A stretch of DNA of 12,429 bases from Oligoflexales bacterium (lineage in GTDB: Bacteria; Bdellovibrionota_B; Oligoflexia; Oligoflexales; CAIYRB01), in the NCBI GenBank assembly GCA_041736175.1, contig JBGSUI010000008.1, positions 1 to 12,429 of the forward strand, written 5' to 3'. The position numbers were made by a program, and so were the translations under genes. The notes under the pieces were generated by a model. It did not search any database. It was not told the origin of the DNA and worked only from the letters and a program-made list of their open reading frames with translations. Below are positions 7,308-12,429 of this stretch, one piece after another. The stretch's first letter is position 1. Every line of letters begins with the position of its first letter.

Positions 7308-8798
7308 ATGAATACGAACAAATTTTCATCGATTGTGATAGGTGCCATTTTTTTCTCAATACCGGCCCTTCCGGGGTGCAAGGTCAAAAATTCAATCCAG
7401 GATTCTAAAATTAATGTTCTTGGTGGCAAAGCTGCCGAGGCTCAAGATTTTCCGTTTGTCATTCAATTAGCCTTATCGCCCACCCAACCGGAGTTGTGTA
7501 CCGGGGTGATTATTGGCCCGAGGACCGTCATCGCGGCGTCCCATTGCATTAAACAAGAATCACGTGGAATGTTTCACAAACCAGTTGCTATTTTTTATGA
7601 TCAAAATAATCAAGAACAAAAAATACCAGGAAAAGAGGTCTATACGTTTTCCAAAACCCTTAACGCAAACGAAATAGTTGAGAATGATGTTGGTTTAGAT
7701 TTTGTAATTGTAGACTTTGGCCAAATTTCAAAAGATAGCAAAGGTCCCTTTTCCTTTTTATCGGTTTTCCCAAGCTTAGCTCAGCCCAATCCAGATTTAG
7801 AAGTCACTTTAGTAGGCTTTGGCGCAACTAAATCTGGAACAAGGTCTAATGGGAGGAAAAATTATGGAAGTAATAAGATTGCAGAACTTAATCCAAGGAT
7901 GGGGCTGATAACAATCACTGGAAACGAAGAAGCAGGCTTTAATAGCGCCTTAGCGACTCGTGGCGACTCTGGTGGTCCAATACTTAGTAAAGATGGCAAA
8001 CAAATTATAGGGCTTTCGTCGGCATTATACATTGAGCCATCCAATAAAATGATTACCAATTATTTTGTAGACCTAAACTCAAAACATGTTCAAACTCTTT
8101 TAGGTTTTTATAAAGGTGCACTTGTAAGAGAAGGGCACGAATTTAGTAACCAAGAGTTATTGGGAACGATTCCCGAAAAGAGTTTTGATGAGCTCATCAG
8201 TCTAGAACAGCATGTGCTCGCGGATATGCAATGGAATGGTCCCGATGCTCCTAAAAAGCTCCAACCAACCTGTGCCTTGATCAGCTTTTTTCTGTTTAGA
8301 AATTTGCTTCGCGGAAATAACAATAATAACAATTGCAACTTTAACGGAAATTTTAATGGGAACAATAACGGCATTTTTAATGGGAGCAATAACGGCAATT
8401 TTAACAATAATGGGAACAATAACGGCATTTTTAACAATAATGGGAACAATAACGGCATTTTTAATGGGAACAATAACGGCAATTTTAACAATAATTGTGG
8501 TAATTTAGGATTTAATAACCAAGGCACAAATAATCAGAGAGCTATCCAAATCACCAAAAACTGGCCTTTTGGTAGCTCTCTATGGGCACTAAACAACTTT
8601 GCAAGCTCTAAAGGTTCAGTGAATGCCCAATCAAAAAATAGTGGACTATTTCTAAATGGACCTTCGGCTGATTATCAATATAAACTTCTTTCTAACCAAT
8701 CAGCAAAAGAGATTCAATTCAATAAATTTACCAGCAACCTTAATAGCTATGTATCTATTCCTCTGGATTCCATCGATTCCCAAAAAATAAACCCCTAG
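7308..8798 (+). CDS. Trypsin-like S1 serine protease lipoprotein with Asn/Gly-rich C-terminal extension (protease 3)
   Basis: LPG-C lipobox-like motif, VLGG mature-N-terminus-like motif, CTGVII, IAASHC, LDFVIVDF, GDSGGP. GAGGA RBS, 26 bp after the upstream stop. Confidence 0.9.
   Translation: MNTNKFSSIVIGAIFFSIPALPGCKVKNSIQDSKINVLGGKAAEAQDFPFVIQLALSPTQPELCTGVIIGPRTVIAASHCIKQESRGMFHKPVAIFYDQNNQEQKIPGKEVYTFSKTLNANEIVENDVGLDFVIVDFGQISKDSKGPFSFLSVFPSLAQPNPDLEVTLVGFGATKSGTRSNGRKNYGSNKIAELNPRMGLITITGNEEAGFNSALATRGDSGGPILSKDGKQIIGLSSALYIEPSNKMITNYFVDLNSKHVQTLLGFYKGALVREGHEFSNQELLGTIPEKSFDELISLEQHVLADMQWNGPDAPKKLQPTCALISFFLFRNLLRGNNNNNNCNFNGNFNGNNNGIFNGSNNGNFNNNGNNNGIFNNNGNNNGIFNGNNNGNFNNNCGNLGFNNQGTNNQRAIQITKNWPFGSSLWALNNFASSKGSVNAQSKNSGLFLNGPSADYQYKLLSNQSAKEIQFNKFTSNLNSYVSIPLDSIDSQKINP
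8316..8519 (+). repeat. In-frame Asn-rich tandem repeat with 24- and 30-bp units
   Basis: Units resembling AACAATAACGGCAWTTTTAA(CAATAA)TGGG start at 8361, 8385, 8415, 8445 and 8469, encoding NNNG(I/N)FN(NN)G. Degenerate Asn-rich flanks. Confidence 0.92.
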
Positions 8799-8825
8799 TA
8801 GCAGAAACTAGCAGGAGCGAATCAT

Positions 8826-9199
8826 TGTCTATGCTCCCTGCGCCCTTGGTGCCACCCTTAACGACGAGACGATCGCCAGCATCAGGGCCAAAGTCGTCGC
8901 CGGGGCCGGGTCGAGGGGTTTATTGGACTCCGGGGGTGGAGATCCTTGACCGTGGACTCGTGGTCGTAGGCGACGGCGCAATCTTTGGTCATAAATCCGG
9001 GATGGCCGCCCACGTCATCACTCCCAGAGACGGAAATCTCTCGCTCCTCGTTGCAAAAGTTCGCGTCGGATCAGGCAGCTTTGTCGGCGCAGGGTGTTAT
9101 CTTGGTCCGGGGTGTGTGATTGAGCCTGGAGCCATGGTTCCCGCAGGAACAAATGTCAGACCCAAGCAAATCGTGACCCGTCAAGACAAACCAATCTAG
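8826..9199 (+). pseudogene. Chimeric orphan copy: internal ldh fragment fused to the acyltransferase 3' part
   Basis: 8826-8908 aligns with 4906-4988 (3 substitutions) and 8909-9199 with 5731-6021. The intervening 742 bp (4989-5730) are missing. Confidence 0.94.
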
Positions 9200-9267
9200 C
9201 CCATGGAGAAGTCGCAGGCGAAGCTGTTCGTTTCTCGTGAGTAGGGCTTCCTCTGAGAGGAGGTCAC

Positions 9268-9284
9268 TGTCCAATCCGTTAACA
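9268..9284 (+). promoter_or_regulatory. Candidate bEBP site (TGT-N11-ACA)
   Basis: TGTCCAATCCGTTAACA, 17 bp, starts 102 bp before the sigma-54 motif at 9370. Left half resembles TGACCAA at 6104. Confidence 0.33.
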
Positions 9285-9369
9285 GGAGTCTCGACCCACA
9301 AGTGCAGCGTGTTACCTAATAAACAATTGATTACAATGAAATTTTCTTTGAAATACACAAGGATGTAAC

Positions 9370-9385
9370 TGGCATAGTAAATGCA
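9370..9385 (+). promoter_or_regulatory. Sigma-54 (RpoN) -24/-12 promoter for the ART-like gene
   Basis: TGGCATAGTAAATGCA has GG-N10-GC spacing, about 50 bp upstream of the ORF. Confidence 0.65.
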
Positions 9386-9432
9386 CTCGAGCAAGAATCT
9401 TGTGACGCGATTTTTTACCATTAAAGAGGGAA

Positions 9433-10305
9433 ATGAACATGAATAATCTAGAAATAGACAACAGTTTTAGAGGATTGATGAATCTTTGCGCCGCATTGCT
9501 CTTAACCCTTGGGTGCCAACGCGGAAGTGGGTCATCGCAGGTAAACGGCAACGGGATTCGTACTCCAAATCGCGATCTCTCCCCGGGGAACCTACAGTTG
9601 ATTACGAAGCTGAATAACTTGCCAAAGGTAAGACTTCCTGCCGCAGACTCCACGATTAAAGTGTTAACAAAAGAAAAGTTAGAGCAGACTTTGACCGCCG
9701 ATCAGATTCGAAGTGTGAAATTGTGGAATCAGGGGGCTAGCGAACATATCAGAATATGTAGATCCGCCTTCGATGACCTAAGGGACCTGGGGTGGAACGA
9801 CTACTATATCGGGTATAATAGAGGCATCTGTAAAACCCTTGAGAGCATCGAAGGGATTTTGCCAAAAAGCCCGGGAATCGTCTTTCGAGGTAAGATATCA
9901 AACCTTGAGGAGACTGCCTATTATTACGACGCCATGAATAGCAAGCGTCTAGTGACCCTTGGACCCAACCACCACGCAGCCTGGTCGGGTGCCTCGCGGG
10001 ACCCATTCATAGCCAAAGAATATTCAAGAACAGGGCTTAGGGACCCCCAAAAAGGTCCGTACACCAACATCATATTCATAATCCATCAGTTTAATGGGAT
10101 ATCGATAGAAAGTATTGCGGATTTCTGGGGGGAGCGCGAGAAGGAGGTTATCGTGCCACCGGCGCTTTTTCATGTAAAGTCCATGAACTTGCTTGAAGGC
10201 GAGAGCGACAGCGAGCCATTTTATACGCTTCTGGTTGCCTTGGTAGAGATGTACGACTTGAAAAGGGGGCCGGCAATCCCTAAATCAGGATTGAATTGTC
10301 CGTAG
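9433..10305 (+). CDS. Putative mono-ADP-ribosyltransferase (R-S-ExE, ARTC/VIP2-like), predicted lipoprotein; start could be 9439 or 9478
   Basis: LLLTLG-C lipobox-like motif. LPKSPGIVFRG (Arg), AWSGASRDPFIA (S-x-S-like), IIFII...GISIESIA and GEREKEVIVPP (ExE) occur in canonical order. Confidence 0.75.
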   Translation: MNMNNLEIDNSFRGLMNLCAALLLTLGCQRGSGSSQVNGNGIRTPNRDLSPGNLQLITKLNNLPKVRLPAADSTIKVLTKEKLEQTLTADQIRSVKLWNQGASEHIRICRSAFDDLRDLGWNDYYIGYNRGICKTLESIEGILPKSPGIVFRGKISNLEETAYYYDAMNSKRLVTLGPNHHAAWSGASRDPFIAKEYSRTGLRDPQKGPYTNIIFIIHQFNGISIESIADFWGEREKEVIVPPALFHVKSMNLLEGESDSEPFYTLLVALVEMYDLKRGPAIPKSGLNCP

Positions 10306-10463
10306 CCCAATCGAATTTAGAAGCATGGTGCATATCTAGTGCGACTTTGGACTCCGATCCCGTCGTCAAAGATTTTTTTGAAAGTATCCCAGGCCTATCG
10401 TTTCTTCCTGAGCCAAAACACACCCACAAATTCTGCTGACAAGGCAAAAAACATATGTTTATA

Positions 10464-10514
10464 TTGACTTACCAATTATTCTTGACTAGATTGGTATATT
10501 GATTTCCGACCAAT
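10464..10514 (+). promoter_or_regulatory. Sigma-70-like promoter overlapped by inverted repeats (candidate operator)
   Basis: TTGACT(10464-10469)-N17-TAGATT(10487-10492). Half-sites TACCAAT (10470), ATTGGTA (10490) and ACCAAT (10509). Confidence 0.5.
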
Positions 10515-10541
10515 CGTTATTTTAATAAATAGGGAGTTGTT

Positions 10542-11450
10542 GTGTATAAAGAGCACTTATCATTGCCTTTGTTAAAATATATTGGTCACAGATCTATCAT
10601 TTTAACCTTTACCGTCGTTACAACCCATTTATTCGCAATGACAGGTTGCCTCACAACCCAATCGATAAAGTCAGATCCTAAGATCTACCATGGTAGTGAT
10701 GCTCCTTCGGGTAAGTATCCCTGGATGGTTTCGTTGGGAGGGCGTGGTGGTTCTTGTGGTGGAGTTTTGATAGCATCTGCCGTGGTTTTGACCGCTAAAC
10801 ATTGCAACGCGGGGTCGGTCATGATAGGTGGGGTTTTAAGACGCTTTGAGGTTACCGCAGATTTAAACATTATTGAAGAAAACGATGCACCGCACACTCG
10901 AGTTGTATTAGGGAGTGATGAATGGAGCGGCGCCGATGGTTTCCTAGAGGGTGATATCCGACTTTTATACCTCAAGTCTCCAGTATTAGGCGTGACACCC
11001 ATTGCCCTCAATGGATCATCTGCGATTCCCAAAGGAAGCACTACAAAAAAAGAAGCCGATGAAAACCGCGATCTTATTGCCCTGGGTTGGGGGACTACCC
11101 AAAAGGGGACTATTTCGCCTATATTGCAAGAGGTTAAACTCTCGTCATATACTCCGGACGGGTGTAAAGCCCAGCTTTATTATGTAAGGAAAGATGAAAT
11201 TTGTACTGGGGTTTGGGGGACCGATATAGGTGCTTTCCAAGGCGACAGCGGCGGACCTTTAATCACCATGTATCAAAATCAACCGCTTTTGTTGGGTATA
11301 GCCTCGAACGCCCACACTAAAGAGGGTCGAACAGAGACAGGAACTCGCGTTAAAGGTATGGCTACGAATTTTGCAAGAGTATCAAGTGCGATACCCTGGA
11401 TCCAAGAACGCGCCAAGGTCAAAGGCTTTGTTGTCAAAGTATTGCCTTAG
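10542..11450 (+). CDS. Trypsin-like S1 serine protease, predicted lipoprotein (protease 4)
   Basis: AMTG-C, K-IYHG, YPWMVSL, CGGVLI, LTAKHC, GDIRLLYL, ALGWG, LQEVKL, GDSGGPL. GTG start after GGGAG. Confidence 0.93.
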   Translation: MYKEHLSLPLLKYIGHRSIILTFTVVTTHLFAMTGCLTTQSIKSDPKIYHGSDAPSGKYPWMVSLGGRGGSCGGVLIASAVVLTAKHCNAGSVMIGGVLRRFEVTADLNIIEENDAPHTRVVLGSDEWSGADGFLEGDIRLLYLKSPVLGVTPIALNGSSAIPKGSTTKKEADENRDLIALGWGTTQKGTISPILQEVKLSSYTPDGCKAQLYYVRKDEICTGVWGTDIGAFQGDSGGPLITMYQNQPLLLGIASNAHTKEGRTETGTRVKGMATNFARVSSAIPWIQERAKVKGFVVKVLP

Positions 11451-11709
11451 GGCAGTGGTCAGGATTCGGTAGAAATACCACATCTTACTCGCAAGGCTTT
11501 TACATCCATACCCGATCGAATCCCAAGCATGACACCGGCAAGCCCCTTGCCCTCAGCCCGTGGCACCTAAAAGCCATCCGACAACGCCACTTCCCAGCTA
11601 CTGTTTCGGGAGCTGTGAACGACTCCCCTCCTGATAATGGGTATGATGCCAGTGTGGAAGTGTTGAGTGGTAACCGCCTGACTTAATTGTGATTTCTTGG
11701 ATTCAACGA

Positions 11710-12075
11710 TCATTGCGAGGGCTCGTCCATGGAGTAAATCATTTCAAAATCAGCGATGGTCTCTTTTCTATGAGCAATGACGATCAAGGTCCGATCAGCA
11801 AATTTAGAGAGTATCAACTCCTGAATCTTGGAATCGGTCGCAAGATCGATATGACTCGTTGGCTCGTCCATCACGATAATTTTCTTATCGCTCAAAAGGC
11901 TGCGGGTCAAACAAATCATTTGCCTTTCGCCGACAGAGAAGTTCTTACCGCTTTTATCGACCGGATCTTCGAGTTGGAAATAATCGATCTCCAGTTCGCT
12001 AAGAACGCGGGCAATCTCTTCATCGGCCCATTCGGCTTTTACATCGATATTGTCCCATATGGTCGCTCTCCCGAG
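11710..12075 (-). pseudogene. Orphan 3' fragment of an ABC exporter ATPase domain (ABCC/MRP-like)
   Basis: NFSVGERQMICLTR (signature), IIVMDEPTSHID (Walker B/D-loop) and IAHR (H-loop) are present. No Walker A or Q-loop, and upstream DNA is unrelated. 5' boundary approximate. Confidence 0.82.
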
Positions 12076-12116
12076 AAGGACTCGTTTTATCGCCTCCATA
12101 AGCACGACGCTGGGAC

Positions 12117-12290
12117 CTAGTCCCTCTCATCTTTTGCCTTATGCCGATCAAACCACTCGATCATTTCATCCTTGCTAACCTTACTGTCGGCGCACCGTTC
12201 AATTATGTCCGCGACTGCAGTCTTGCCACCAACAACCATAGGATATTTGATATCCCAAGCGTTAACGTCCAGAAACGTCAAGCTGGCGAT
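12117..12290 (-). pseudogene. Probable orphan 3' fragment of a Fic/Doc (death-on-curing) family gene
   Basis: IASLTFLDVNAWDIKY...DIIERCADSKVSKDEMIEWF resembles the segment following the Fic motif in Doc proteins (FL-x-x-NG, final helix with W). The catalytic HxFxxGNKR motif is absent. Recognition from memory only. Confidence 0.45.
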
Positions 12291-12429
12291 TGGGGTGTCC
12301 AAAAAGGCCCTCATGCTATAACCAAGTTTTGGAGCCTCGAATGATTAACGCTCTGCATAAGGGCTTTTTTTAGCGGGAAAGTCTTCATTTTGGAATTCAT
12401 TTGATGCTGATTTTTGAGGCCCAATTGAT

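Noticed and set aside
8316..8519. CRISPR array or DGR template repeat
   Set aside because: Contiguous in-frame units with no unique spacers, no cas or RT genes, and no cognate variable copy.
8108..8527. 139-aa Leu/Pro-rich minus-strand ORF
   Set aside because: Antisense shadow of the Asn repeat.
8825..9199. 124-aa ORF as a functional fusion protein
   Set aside because: The ldh part is read out of its native frame and the acyltransferase lacks its N-terminal half. An AGGAG at 8813-8817 before the TTG means translation cannot be fully excluded.
6252..11187. Short ORFs 6252-6590, 6642-6908, 7862-8059, 9071-9421, 9312-9653, 9749-10006, 10685-11041, 11002-11187
   Set aside because: They overlap better-supported plus-strand genes or promoters and have no independent evidence.
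11561..11576. TGGCACCTAAAAGCCA as a sigma-54 promoter
   Set aside because: GG-to-GC spacing is 9 rather than 10, and no credible plus-strand gene follows.
11451..11709. Possible ncRNA or further gene remnant (also 10306-10440)
   Set aside because: No recognisable structure, family motif or parent sequence in the window; needs Rfam and tBLASTx searches.
11689..12344. Plus-strand ORFs 11689-12120 and 12141-12344
   Set aside because: Antisense to the ABC and Doc-like fragments; the first is a typical ABC antisense shadow.

Overview
Bacterial accessory region, probably from Bdellovibrionota/Oligoflexia (inferred from many lipoprotein-type S1 proteases and sigma-54 motifs; not provable here). 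A GC-richer core block (2450-6021) holds a putative outer-membrane protein, a leucine dehydrogenase and a hexapeptide-repeat acyltransferase. It is flanked by more AT-rich genes for predicted lipoproteins: four trypsin-like S1 serine proteases, an R-S-ExE ADP-ribosyltransferase-like protein and a Cys-rich hypothetical protein. The main observation is that these cargo modules are separated by orphan pieces of other genes. Two pieces (1039-1248 and 8826-9199) are diverged copies of the core genes in this window and differ mostly at synonymous sites. Two more (ABC ATPase and probable Doc 3' ends, 11710-12290) have no parent here. Three cargo units share a sigma-54 -24/-12 motif plus a similar 17-bp element about 100 bp upstream. 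No integrase, transposase, reverse transcriptase, tRNA, rRNA or CRISPR array was seen. My working inference is an array of co-regulated secreted-enzyme modules stacked behind housekeeping-gene ends; a strain-chimeric assembly must be excluded first.
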